64,000 nt of DNA from Pedobacter sp. (GTDB taxonomy: Bacteria; Desulfobacterota; Desulfuromonadia; Desulfuromonadales; Syntrophotaleaceae), in NCBI GenBank assembly GCA_050253415.1, contig JBFWJC010000002.1, forward strand, positions 1-64,000. The letters run 5' to 3'. A program made the translations under genes and the position numbers. Below, in pieces: positions 1 to 8,994 of the stretch (the first letter of the stretch is position 1; each line of letters begins with the position of its first letter). A model generated the notes under the pieces. The model was given only the letters and a program-made list of their open reading frames with translations, had not been told where the DNA came from and searched no databases.

Positions 1-127
1 ACAACGCGCACCGACCACATCGTTCGCTCAACCAACTGACCCCGGAGGAATTTGCTGCAAACTTCAATCAGCACATAAAGGCTGGAATCACTAACCTAAA
101 ACTGGTCCAGTCAACGGGGTAAGGTCA
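1..127 (+). mobile_element. Right end of an IS3-family insertion sequence (transposase C-terminus and right inverted repeat); partial
   Basis: Frame from nt 3 reads NAHRPHRSLNQLTPEEFA...VQSTG*, matching the IS3 OrfB C-terminal motif YNxxRPHxSLxxxTPxEF; sequence ends ...CTGGTCCAGTCAACGGGGTAAGGTCA (terminal CA). Confidence 0.8.
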
Positions 128-336
128 AATCCAGGACTGAATTTAGAACAAAATGTAAGACACCCCAACCACTGGAAACAGAGTTGGGGTGTTCGACATA
201 TTGGAAATGGTGATTTGTAGGACAGGCCATCGAGATCCAGTCCTCCTGAGGCTAGGATCCTGCACCTCGGAAGTGCCTATGAAACCTGAGGCGATTCATA
301 CCAAAAACGCTCACACCTAACTTCCCATGTTAGCCA

Positions 337-1053
337 TTAAAGCAGGGCCGCTTTCTTAAAGAGAATGTTATTTTCGAGGTGGACGTGTTTGTGAAGGTCT
401 TCCTCGAACTCCTTGAGCTTGCGGTAGGTGACCGCAAAGGTGTTGCAGGCATCCTCCGGTATTGCGTAATCTTTCGCCAAATGACGAATCTGGTGGATCA
501 GGTCACCGATCTCCTCGTGTTCACGATGGAGCTTTTCCAGTGAAACTCTAATCAATACCCTGTCCTCTTTTGACGGTTCCGATCCGTCCTTCTGAATAGC
601 TTCGACTCTTTTGATGGTCGGGAAGAGATTCTTCTCCTCTTCCTCAAGATGAGCCTCCATGTCTGCGGCAATCTGAGCAAATAGTTCCGAGATCTCTATC
701 ACCTCTGGGTGGTGGGGGCCGTGCACCTCCGCGACTTTACATGTATAAGCGGCAATCTGACCGGTATTTTCGTTGAGCCATACATGATGGGTGTTCACGA
801 TGTAGTCGGCTAGAAACGAAAGTGCCCAGGCCTCGTAGTTTTCCCTCTGCTGGGCCGGAATATTCCTGATCTCTTCGATCTCTTTGTCAAGCGAGGTTGG
901 ATCAAGTCCTTTTTCTCTGCAGGCGGAGGAGAGGGACACCTGTCCTCCGCAGCAGAAGTCAATGCCGTATTTCTCGAAGACCGCTGCGCTGCGATAGTCC
1001 TCCGCGACATATTCGCCGATTGTCTTTTCTCCAAGAGTCTTTTCTTTTGCCAT
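337..1053 (-). CDS. ric: Iron-sulfur cluster repair di-iron protein (Ric/ScdA/YtfE)
   Basis: N-terminal GIDFCCGG motif; hemerythrin-like motifs HH, HLEEEE, EHE and HVHLENNILF. Confidence 0.95.
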   Translation of the reverse strand: MAKEKTLGEKTIGEYVAEDYRSAAVFEKYGIDFCCGGQVSLSSACREKGLDPTSLDKEIEEIRNIPAQQRENYEAWALSFLADYIVNTHHVWLNENTGQIAAYTCKVAEVHGPHHPEVIEISELFAQIAADMEAHLEEEEKNLFPTIKRVEAIQKDGSEPSKEDRVLIRVSLEKLHREHEEIGDLIHQIRHLAKDYAIPEDACNTFAVTYRKLKEFEEDLHKHVHLENNILFKKAALL

Positions 1054-1142
1054 TATACCACCTCCATGTTTCGTCGGTTTTCCCTCGGGCGAAATGCTAA
1101 ATGTTTACGATCTCATTTTATCATGCGTAGAAACCTGCCAGA

Positions 1143-1156
1143 TTGAGCAGTATCAA
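1143..1156. promoter_or_regulatory. Fnr/Dnr/HcpR-type box upstream of ric
   Basis: TTGAGCAGTATCAA (TTGA-N6-TCAA), about 90 bp upstream of ric. Confidence 0.6.
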
Positions 1157-1315
1157 CTTTCAGGTTTTAGTTTTTGCTTTGTTGATTATTCGATCTGCCG
1201 AGGTTCGATGATGTCCTCAACCACTGTGATTGACAGTGATTTGCAAAAACAGTTTCGATTCAGCCACACACAAGACAAAGAAAATTACTGATAATATCTT
1301 GCTCGACGTTACGTT

Positions 1316-1672
1316 TTAGCAATTAAACTTTGTTTCAAGATACTCCTTTAGGGCAACTGCATTGTTGTGTTTTTCATCGTGGGCCGCGAAGATCAAAGTC
1401 ACCTGGCCCTTTTTAGTAAAGAACAGCAATTCCTCCATTGCCGTCTTACACCCATCCAATTCAACGAAGAATCGATGCTTGAATTCATTCCACTTCTCCG
1501 GGTCGTGGCCGAACCACCGACGCAGTTCCGCGCTTGGGGCGAGCTCCTTCAGCCAGGCATCGAGTTTAAGCTTTTCCTTACTGACACCCCGAGGCCAGAT
1601 ACGATCCACCAATATCCGGTAGCCGTCATTGTCGCCCGGTTGCTCATACGCCCTTTTCAGCCATACCTGCAT
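1316..1672 (-). CDS. DUF488 (YeaO-like) protein
   Basis: MQVWLKRAYE...DGYRILVDRIWPRGVSKE...LAPSAELRRWFGHD; ATG at 1672 preceded by a GAGG-type RBS. Confidence 0.9.
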   Translation of the reverse strand: MQVWLKRAYEQPGDNDGYRILVDRIWPRGVSKEKLKLDAWLKELAPSAELRRWFGHDPEKWNEFKHRFFVELDGCKTAMEELLFFTKKGQVTLIFAAHDEKHNNAVALKEYLETKFNC

Positions 1673-1699
1673 TAGACACCCTCTTTCTGTCCTAGTCAG

Positions 1700-1997
1700 C
1701 TCTGGAAACGACTGGGGCTCCGTGAACTTCTCCACCTTCGAAACTGGAGCCAGCTCACCATAGCGATTGCGGTTTCGCCACATGCGTAAGGCCAGATAGA
1801 CCACTGGCAAAATCCCACCGACGATGAACAGAGCATCCGCCGGCAGGCGCAATCACTCGAAGAGTTGCACAGCCGGTTGTTGAAAAAACTCAGATTGTCT
1901 TGCGTGCCAGTAGGAGTTCTTCAGGCTATCTTCAAGTTGCAGATAGCCGATAGGGAATAGGTTGAAAGCATCCGGGCTAGCACGATATTCAGGCTCC
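1700..1997 (-). pseudogene. 3' remnant of a quinol-dependent nitric oxide reductase (qNor)
   Basis: Translates as SLNIVLARM / frameshift / FNLFPIGYLQLEDSLKNSYWHARQSEFFQQPAVQLFE*LRLPADALFIVGGILP, resembling the qNor C-terminus; in-frame TGA at 1853-1855 where Trp is expected. Confidence 0.75.
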
Positions 1998-2023
1998 TAA
2001 ATCGCCCCTAGCTTTGTAGACAC
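1998..2023 (+). mobile_element. Degenerate IS3-family terminal inverted repeat remnant
   Basis: TAAATCGCCCCTAGCTTTGTAGACAC resembles IS3-family ends (TGAxxCGCCCC...TGTAGACAC) and sits exactly where qNor similarity stops. Confidence 0.4.
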
Positions 2024-2245
2024 TCCCTCTTGAGAGTGACTAACCTTCACCCCCCTCCAAAAGACATGATCAGTCCCGGCTAAGCCATTAATTCCTTTTT
2101 AGATAACGATAGCAGTCCAAGGAGTGCAATCAAGGCGAGCTGGATAGAAATGCACGATTGGGGAGCATTTAGAATGGAAGCGTCCGACTGGAGGCGGGTC
2201 CCTGTAGTCAAGTCCTTTATTCCGCCTGTGTAAATTTAACGAAAA

Positions 2246-2259
2246 TTGAGCTTTATCAA
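2246..2259. promoter_or_regulatory. Fnr/Dnr/HcpR-type box upstream of the cupin gene
   Basis: TTGAGCTTTATCAA. Confidence 0.55.
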
Positions 2260-2354
2260 TATCTGCTGCATGAAAACTAGATAAAGTCGGAGTCATTGAA
2301 AGCCTGCTTGCCAGAAAAGTTATCGGGAGAACTTTGATTGGAAAGGAACAGATC

Positions 2355-2693
2355 ATGGAAATCGTTCAGGCGAAAACGGCTGATATCACAGCCAACCCCC
2401 ACCAGGTCAAGGCCAGCAAGCTGTATGACTCGGAACATGCTCAGGTCATACATATTGCTCTCGAACCGGGTGAATCGCTGAAAAAACACATTACACCCGT
2501 GGATGTGGTTTTTTATGTCCTCGAAGGACAGGGGGTTGTAGAAATCGGCGAAGAGACGCAACAGGTCGGGCCCGACACCCTAATTAACAGCCCGGCGAAA
2601 ATACCCCACTGCTGGTACAATGAAAGTTCCGCCGTACTCAGGTTTCTGGTGGTCAAAGTGCCACGCCCGACGGAGGCCACGAAGCTGCTGTGA
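2355..2693 (+). CDS. Cupin-domain protein
   Basis: LEPGESLKKHITP...FYVLEGQG...PAKIPH cupin motifs; RBS AAGGA. Confidence 0.9.
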   Translation: MEIVQAKTADITANPHQVKASKLYDSEHAQVIHIALEPGESLKKHITPVDVVFYVLEGQGVVEIGEETQQVGPDTLINSPAKIPHCWYNESSAVLRFLVVKVPRPTEATKLL

Positions 2694-2738
2694 GCAGACT
2701 TAAGCTCGCAGGAAGGCCTTTCCTTGGAGGGATATTTC

Positions 2739-3044
2739 ATGAGCATCGCACCTAATACCAAAGTTCGCATGTTCGGCTCATTGCATACCATCCAGCGCCG
2801 GCGAGGTAAGCAACCATTTGCAGAACTGTATATTCCGGCAGAGGGTTGTACGGGGCTCGATTTGGCTAAGGAATTGGATCTACCGCTGGATAAAATCGAA
2901 GGGGTTTTTATAAACAATTTCGCCCGCTCCCTCGAAGAACTCATCCATTCCGGCGACAAAGTGGCGTTCATTTCCACCGGAGTGCCGGGACCGCACCGCT
3001 ATTCCCTCAGCACCCACGCTGTCTTTGAATGCTCTGAGGAATAG
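2739..3044 (+). CDS. MoaD/ThiS-like (ubiquitin-fold) protein
   Basis: VRMFGSL...IEGVFIN...IHSGDKVAFI..GVPGP; RBS GGAGG. Confidence 0.7.
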   Translation: MSIAPNTKVRMFGSLHTIQRRRGKQPFAELYIPAEGCTGLDLAKELDLPLDKIEGVFINNFARSLEELIHSGDKVAFISTGVPGPHRYSLSTHAVFECSEE

Positions 3045-3149
3045 CTGTAGGCAGAGATGTGGCAAATCCCTGCTGTTTTTATTCCGTCTGAATAAATTGA
3101 ATTTGCTTTCGGATATCTGTGTGGTAAAAATAGAAGGTCGGCATTTAAG

Positions 3150-3165
3150 TTGGCGAAAATATTGC
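3150..3165 (+). promoter_or_regulatory. Sigma-54 (-24/-12) promoter for fprA-hcp
   Basis: TTGGCGAAAATATTGC fits GG-N10-GC, about 40 bp before the start codon. Confidence 0.55.
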
Positions 3166-3205
3166 CATTAGATCGACGTTGGAACTTCACCTCACAGGAG
3201 GCACC

Positions 3206-4399
3206 ATGCACTTTCCCGTCACAGATATCGTAACCTGGGTAGGAAAAACCGACTGGGAGCTTCGCAAGTTTCACGGAGAAGAATACTCCACCCATCGGGG
3301 CAGCACCTACAATTCTTACCTGGTTCAGGATCAAAAAACGGCCCTTATCGATACAGTCTGGGCGCCTTTCGCCAAAAGCTACGTTGAAGAATTGTTCCAA
3401 AAGGTTTCTCCAGAGGATATCGATTATGTTGTAGCCAATCATGCAGAGAGCGATCACAGCGGCGCCCTGCCCGAGTTGATGCGTCATCTTCCCGGGAAGC
3501 CAATCTATTGTACGGCCAACGGGGTCAAGTCACTGAAGGGGCACTATCATGCCGACTGGAACTTTCAGGTCGTTAAAACCGGGGACCGCCTGAGTTTAGG
3601 CGATCGAGAGCTGATCTTTATTGAAGCGCCGATGTTGCATTGGCCGGACAGCATGTTCTGTTATCTCACCGGAGAGGACATTCTGTTTTCCAACGATGCC
3701 TTCGGACAACACCTGGCGGCCGAGGAAGCCTACAATGACCGCGTGGATTCTTGTGAGCTCTGGGCGGAATGCATTAAATACTACGCCAATATTCTTACTC
3801 CCTTCAGTCCCCTGGTTCTGAAAAAAATCGAACAGTTCGCCGGCCTTGAATTGCCACTCAAGATGATTTGCCCCAGCCACGGTGTGCTCTGGCGCGATAA
3901 CCCGATGCAGATTGTTCAAAAGTATCTGGAGTGGGCCAACCAATACCGGGAAGACCAGGTCACCATTATTTACGACACGATGTGGAATAGTACCCGGAGC
4001 ATGGCCGAGGCTATTGCCGCGGGGATTCATCAGGCATCCCCTGCCACGGCGGTTAAGGTTTTCAACTGTGCCCGATCGGATAAAAACGATGTCATTACCG
4101 AGATTTTCAAATCCAAGGCGATTTTATTCGGTTCCCCGACCATCAATCAGGGCATCCTGACGGCGACGGCGGGAATGTTGGAAGAAATACGTGGGCTGAA
4201 ATTCCGCGGAAAGAAAGCTGCAGCATTCGGTGCTTTTGGCTGGAGTGGCGAAAGTGTCGGGATGCTCAGTGAGAAACTCGGTGAAGCCGGATTTGATGTG
4301 GTCAATGGCGGGCTGCGTTTGCCGTGGGCCCCTGATGCCGAAGCCTTGCAACAGTGTGTAGATTTTGGCAGGGCTTTTGCCGAAACAGTCGGCTCTTAA
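3206..4399 (+). CDS. fprA: Flavodiiron protein (FprA/NorV-type NO/O2 reductase)
   Basis: Metallo-beta-lactamase di-iron motifs NHAESDHSG, LHWPD, DAFG and PSHG, plus a flavodoxin domain (TMWNST, FGWSGE). Confidence 0.95.
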   Translation: MHFPVTDIVTWVGKTDWELRKFHGEEYSTHRGSTYNSYLVQDQKTALIDTVWAPFAKSYVEELFQKVSPEDIDYVVANHAESDHSGALPELMRHLPGKPIYCTANGVKSLKGHYHADWNFQVVKTGDRLSLGDRELIFIEAPMLHWPDSMFCYLTGEDILFSNDAFGQHLAAEEAYNDRVDSCELWAECIKYYANILTPFSPLVLKKIEQFAGLELPLKMICPSHGVLWRDNPMQIVQKYLEWANQYREDQVTIIYDTMWNSTRSMAEAIAAGIHQASPATAVKVFNCARSDKNDVITEIFKSKAILFGSPTINQGILTATAGMLEEIRGLKFRGKKAAAFGAFGWSGESVGMLSEKLGEAGFDVVNGGLRLPWAPDAEALQQCVDFGRAFAETVGS

Positions 4400-4530
4400 A
4401 CTTAGTGGGAAAACCGGGATAAACGCCGAAATGCAAAAATGGCGTATTGTGAATTCTCCCGGATTTGTTTGCAGGAATTCGTCATTGAGGCGAATAGTTG
4501 AAAGAAAAAAACCGAATTAGGAGGACTAAC

Positions 4531-6192
4531 ATGTTTTGTCATCAATGTGAGCAAGCAGCAAAAGGCACAGGCTGTACCAAGGTAGGGGTATGCGGTAAAC
4601 AACCGGATGTGGCCGCGCTGCAGGACAACCTGCTTTACGGCCTGCGGGGTCTGGCCTGCTACGCCAACGAAGCCCGCAAACTTGGGGCGAAGGACGCAGC
4701 CATCGACAAATTCATGCTTGAAGGGCTGTTTGCCACGGTGACCAACGTCGATTTCGATCCCAATCACCTTGCTGCCGTCATTAAAGAATGCGGCAAGATG
4801 AAGGACAAGGCCCGCGATTTGTTCGTCAAGGCCGGCGGCAAGGAAGAGGGCACCTCCCTGTTTGCCCGCATCAAGGCATTCTTCGGCGCCGAAGGCGACG
4901 GCAAAGGGCCTATCGCCTGGACTCCGGCTGGCAATCTGGTAGCCCAGGGCGAGAAAGTCGGCATCGAAACCCTGCACGCGGATGAGGATATCCGCTCGGC
5001 CATCGAGATTCTAATTTATGGCCTCAAGGGGATGGCGGCTTATGCCGACCATGCGCAGATTCTCGGCAAGACCGACGAAGAAGTGATGGCGTTCAACCAC
5101 AAGGCTCTGGCAGCCACCTGCGATCCCGAACTGGGCCTGATGGACTTTGTCAACCTGGGCATGGAGTGCGGCAAGCAAAACCTGACCATGATGGGCCTGC
5201 TCAATACCGCCCATGTGGAGAATTACGGCCACCCGGTCCCGACACCGGTCAGCACCGGCACCAAGGCCGGCAAGGGTATCCTGGTGTCCGGCCACGACCT
5301 GAAGATGCTTGAGGAGCTGCTCAAGCAGACCGAGGGCAAAGGAATTAACGTTTATACCCACGGCGAGATGCTGCCGGCGCACGGCTATCCCGGCCTGAAG
5401 AAGTACTCCCACCTGGTCGGTAACTTCGGCGGCGCCTGGCAGGATCAAGCCAAGGAACTGCCCCAGTTCCCCGGCGCCATCATCTTCAACACCAACTGCA
5501 TCCAGAAGCCGGCCGAGTCCTACAAGGACCGCCTGTTCACCTGGGGCTGCACCGCCTGGCCCGGCGTCACCCACATCGACGGTTTCGACTTCTCCGCGGT
5601 CATCGACAAGTCCCTGGCCTGTCCCGACCTGGCGAACGTATCGGGCAAAGAGATCCTGGTCGGCTTCGGTCACAACGCGGTGCTCGGCGTAGCCGACAAG
5701 GTCATCGAAGCGGTTAAGACCGGCGCGGTCAAGCACTTCTTCCTCATCGGCGGCTGCGACGGCGCCAAACCGGGGCGCAACTACTACACCGAGTTCGCCG
5801 AAAAAGTGCCTCAGGACTGTGTGATCCTGACTTTGGCCTGCGGCAAGTACCGCTTCAACAAGCTCGACTTCGGCGACATCGGCGGTATCCCGCGACTGCT
5901 GGATGTCGGTCAATGCAACGACGCCTACAGCGCGATTCAGATCGCGGTAGCCCTGGCCAACGCCTTTGATTGCGGTGTTAACGACCTGCCGTTGAGCCTG
6001 ATCCTCTCCTGGTACGAACAGAAGGCGGTGGTTATCCTGCTGACCTTGCTGCACCTGGGGATCAAGAACATCAAGCTCGGTCCCAGCCTGCCGGCATTCG
6101 TCACACCCAACGTCCTCAACTATCTGGTGGAGAACTTCAATATCGCGCCGATCACCACCCCGGATGAGGACCTCAAGGCGATTCTCGGCTAA
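4531..6192 (+). CDS. hcp: Hybrid-cluster protein (hydroxylamine/NO reductase)
   Basis: MFCHQCEQ...GCTKVGVCGK; SGHDL, HGEMLPAH, GGCDG, GQCND and SWYEQKA motifs. Confidence 0.97.
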   Translation: MFCHQCEQAAKGTGCTKVGVCGKQPDVAALQDNLLYGLRGLACYANEARKLGAKDAAIDKFMLEGLFATVTNVDFDPNHLAAVIKECGKMKDKARDLFVKAGGKEEGTSLFARIKAFFGAEGDGKGPIAWTPAGNLVAQGEKVGIETLHADEDIRSAIEILIYGLKGMAAYADHAQILGKTDEEVMAFNHKALAATCDPELGLMDFVNLGMECGKQNLTMMGLLNTAHVENYGHPVPTPVSTGTKAGKGILVSGHDLKMLEELLKQTEGKGINVYTHGEMLPAHGYPGLKKYSHLVGNFGGAWQDQAKELPQFPGAIIFNTNCIQKPAESYKDRLFTWGCTAWPGVTHIDGFDFSAVIDKSLACPDLANVSGKEILVGFGHNAVLGVADKVIEAVKTGAVKHFFLIGGCDGAKPGRNYYTEFAEKVPQDCVILTLACGKYRFNKLDFGDIGGIPRLLDVGQCNDAYSAIQIAVALANAFDCGVNDLPLSLILSWYEQKAVVILLTLLHLGIKNIKLGPSLPAFVTPNVLNYLVENFNIAPITTPDEDLKAILG

Positions 6193-6219
6193 ACCCTTTT
6201 CGCACTATGTCAGTTGATA

Positions 6220-6252
6220 ATACCGGGGCGAGCTTATTGCTCGCCCCGGTAT
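6220..6252 (+). terminator. Stem-loop terminator after hcp
   Basis: ATACCGGGGCGAGC-TTATT-GCTCGCCCCGGTAT. Confidence 0.75.
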
Positions 6253-6387
6253 TTCGTGCGCCAGACATAGCGTATAGCGCCTTGAACTGCGCACGAAAAA
6301 AAAGCCTGGCGAGAGATCCCACCAGGCCTCTATTATGCAAAAGGTATAAACTTGCAAAAAATAATCGGGCTCAGTTCACATGAGAGA

Positions 6388-6729
6388 TCAGGCCAAAGAA
6401 CCTTCAAAAACCATTTCCATCACACCGCCTAACGCATCCCCGTCGTAGAACGGTACGTTGACAATAGTAAGGGTCCCTCCGGGGCCGTCCATGGTCAGAT
6501 AGTTGATCTTGATCTTTTTGTCTGCGAAATCCTGATAGATGGCTTTCAACTTGTCCATGGTTTCCGGCTGATGACAGACTGCCATGTTCTTGCCCACTTC
6601 CAGGCCGGAAATGTCCAGTTCGTTAAAGAGTTCATAGGCACGCTGGTTGGCATAGGTCACATTGAATTCAGGGTCGGAAACGATCACGGCCGTGTTCAGG
6701 TTGTCCCAAGCTTTGCTGGCATCCTTCAT
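6388..6729 (-). CDS. Stand-alone PAS-domain protein
   Basis: AVIVSDPEFNVTYANQRA...VGKNMAVCHQPET...PFYDGDALGGVME; RBS GGAGGAG. Confidence 0.8.
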   Translation of the reverse strand: MKDASKAWDNLNTAVIVSDPEFNVTYANQRAYELFNELDISGLEVGKNMAVCHQPETMDKLKAIYQDFADKKIKINYLTMDGPGGTLTIVNVPFYDGDALGGVMEMVFEGSLA

Positions 6730-6802
6730 TTTTCTCCTCCTAGGTGCATGGTTGATAAAATTTGTGCCATATCCACGATATGGCACAGGGGATCAAAAGG
6801 AG

Positions 6803-8317
6803 TTACGGTGCATCACTGCTCGGCATCCCTCCTCCCATGGCTACTAAAAACGCCACGCTGTTGAGAAGTCGCTGTGCCTGCACCTCAATCAGATCCATTT
6901 CCGTTTTTTGCGACTGTTGTTGTGCGATGAGAAGTTCAATATAATCGGCTGCACCCATTTCGTACCTGTTCTTCATGATATCGAGTGCCTTCTGCGATGC
7001 CATATTGGCGACAGAAAAAGCCGACAATCTCCGGGAATCGTTCTCCAGATCACACAGCACGTCGGCTACATTTCGCAACGATTCGAGTACGATGTTTCGG
7101 TAATTCTCCAACGCGGCATCAAAAGCTGCTAGCGCCGCACGTTTCTCTGCAGAAAGGCCCGAATTGAAAAGAGGTTGTGTCAGTTGTCCGGCGAGGTTCC
7201 AAACTGCCGAGCCGCTGCCGAACAAACCTCCGATCGACAACGCCTGCGAACCGAGGTTTGCACTGAGATTCAACTGCGGATAGAGATTTGCTATTGCAAC
7301 ACCGTATTCCGCATTGGCTTTTTGCAACAGAGCCTCGGCGGCTTGAATGTCCGGGCGGGCGCGGACCAGTTCGGAGGGGACAATCAGTGGTAGAACAACG
7401 GGGAGATTGAAATCCTGAAGGGAAAAGGAGGGTGTCCCGGCGGCTCCGGGCTCTTTTCCAGTGAGAACGGCTAACAGGTGTTCGCTTCGCTGGAGCTGGT
7501 TAAGCAGCAGAGGGATGTCGGCACGGGTTTGCTCGACCCGGGTTTGCAGGGTCAGTATCTCTTCGGGGGCAGCCTGGCCAAGACGCACTTTCTCCCGGGT
7601 CAATTCCAGTTGTTCTTCCTGAACGTGGAGGATGGCTTCCGTAGCCTGAATTTGACTTGCGAACCTGGCCTGGGATATGGCCGTGCTGGCGACGTGGCTC
7701 GTCAATGCCAGCCGTGCCCCCGCCAATTGAAAGCGTTGATAATCGATCTCTGCGGCCAGAGCTTCCAATATGCGCCGGTTGCGTCCGAATAGGTCGAGAT
7801 TGTACCGCAGTCCTATGCCTGCGTTGAAAAGCTCGAATTCCCGGGGATCTCCGGTCAATCCCGATGAGCCGGGGTTAAATCGTTGGCGCTGACCGGTGAT
7901 GTTTGCCTCAGCTTGAGGGTAACGGGTCCAGCCGGACTTTGCCGCATAATTTTCCTGCGCCTGGCGCAGGGTAGCCCGTGCCGAAGCCAGTGTAGGACTG
8001 GCCTGTAGTGCTTCTATGATAAGAGCATTGAGCTTGCCCGAGCCCAGATCTTTCCACCAATGGGGATTTATAGCCCTATCCTCAACTAACCGTTGAGATG
8101 CTCCCAATCTTGTCGGAGCCGAAGTTGTAGTGTCGGGGAAAGGAACCGCGGTATAAGCTGTCACATTGGGTGCCGGCGGTTGTTTGAAGTCGGGACCGAC
8201 GACGCACCCGAACAGCAGTCCGACCACGACGGCCATGGCGCTTATTTTAGCAATTTTTTGGCACCACATATTCGTCAAATTTTTACCCGATATCACGTCC
8301 TTCACCTGCTTCCTCAT
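6803..8317 (-). CDS. Efflux outer-membrane factor lipoprotein (NodT/TolC family)
   Basis: Lipobox LLFGC followed by VVGPDF; PSELVRARPDIQAAE motif; exact start uncertain. Confidence 0.92.
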   Translation of the reverse strand: MRKQVKDVISGKNLTNMWCQKIAKISAMAVVVGLLFGCVVGPDFKQPPAPNVTAYTAVPFPDTTTSAPTRLGASQRLVEDRAINPHWWKDLGSGKLNALIIEALQASPTLASARATLRQAQENYAAKSGWTRYPQAEANITGQRQRFNPGSSGLTGDPREFELFNAGIGLRYNLDLFGRNRRILEALAAEIDYQRFQLAGARLALTSHVASTAISQARFASQIQATEAILHVQEEQLELTREKVRLGQAAPEEILTLQTRVEQTRADIPLLLNQLQRSEHLLAVLTGKEPGAAGTPSFSLQDFNLPVVLPLIVPSELVRARPDIQAAEALLQKANAEYGVAIANLYPQLNLSANLGSQALSIGGLFGSGSAVWNLAGQLTQPLFNSGLSAEKRAALAAFDAALENYRNIVLESLRNVADVLCDLENDSRRLSAFSVANMASQKALDIMKNRYEMGAADYIELLIAQQQSQKTEMDLIEVQAQRLLNSVAFLVAMGGGMPSSDAP

Positions 8318-8993
8318 AGGTCACTCCATCACGGATATGGTAAATCCGTTTGAAGGTGGGAATTATTTTTTCGTCATGGGTGACGACGATGATCGCGGTC
8401 TCAAATTTTTGCGCCATGTCGTTTAGAATCCGAATCACCGCTAAGGCGCGTTCGCTGTCGAGCGGTGCGGTCGGTTCGTCGGCGAGAATCACCGGTGGAT
8501 GGTTTACCAGCCCGCGGGCAATGGCGACCCGCTGCTGCTCTCCACCGGAAAGTTGCGAAGGCATGGCTCTGGCGCGATGCGCCACATCGAGTGCTTTCAA
8601 CATTTCTTTTGCACGTGTGCGCGCCTCACCGTTGGACCTGCCTGCCAGCATGGGCAGCAGGGCTACGTTGTCGGTGACATCTAGAAACGGGATGAGATAC
8701 GGTGCCTGAAAAACGAAACCGATTCTGTCTCGCCGCAGAGCACGGAGATCTTTAATCCTCCAACTGTCGTCATAAATGATGTCATCCCCGAGCATCATTT
8801 GGCCGCCGGTCGGTTCAGTTACCGCCCCCAGACATTTCAGCAGGGTGGTCTTGCCGGACCCGGAGGGACCGATCAGGCCAACGACTTCGCCCGGCGCAAC
8901 GTGCATGTCAACGGCCTTCAATGCATCTACGGCCGTGTCGCCGCTCCCATAGCGTTTTTTTAACCCCTTTATACGAATACCATTACCAGCCAT
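8283..8993 (-). CDS. ABC transporter ATP-binding protein (LolD/MacB-type)
   Basis: GPSGSGKT, LSGGEQQRVAIAR, ILADEPT. Confidence 0.95.
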   Translation of the reverse strand: MAGNGIRIKGLKKRYGSGDTAVDALKAVDMHVAPGEVVGLIGPSGSGKTTLLKCLGAVTEPTGGQMMLGDDIIYDDSWRIKDLRALRRDRIGFVFQAPYLIPFLDVTDNVALLPMLAGRSNGEARTRAKEMLKALDVAHRARAMPSQLSGGEQQRVAIARGLVNHPPVILADEPTAPLDSERALAVIRILNDMAQKFETAIIVVTHDEKIIPTFKRIYHIRDGVTYEEAGEGRDIG

Positions 8994-8994
8994 A

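Noticed and set aside
160..193. Inverted repeat ACACCCCAAC...GTTGGGGTGT next to the IS end
   Set aside because: Could be a terminator for ric or IS debris; cannot be assigned
1316..1852. 178-aa membrane-anchored DUF488 fusion
   Set aside because: The N-terminal part is the qNor remnant in the same frame; DUF488 has its own RBS and ATG at 1672
5011..6054. Long antisense ORFs (also 12904-14025, 42177-43184, 43156-44376, 44930-46033, 50055-50975, 58374-59114)
   Set aside because: Shadow ORFs opposite well-supported GC-rich genes, with no motifs
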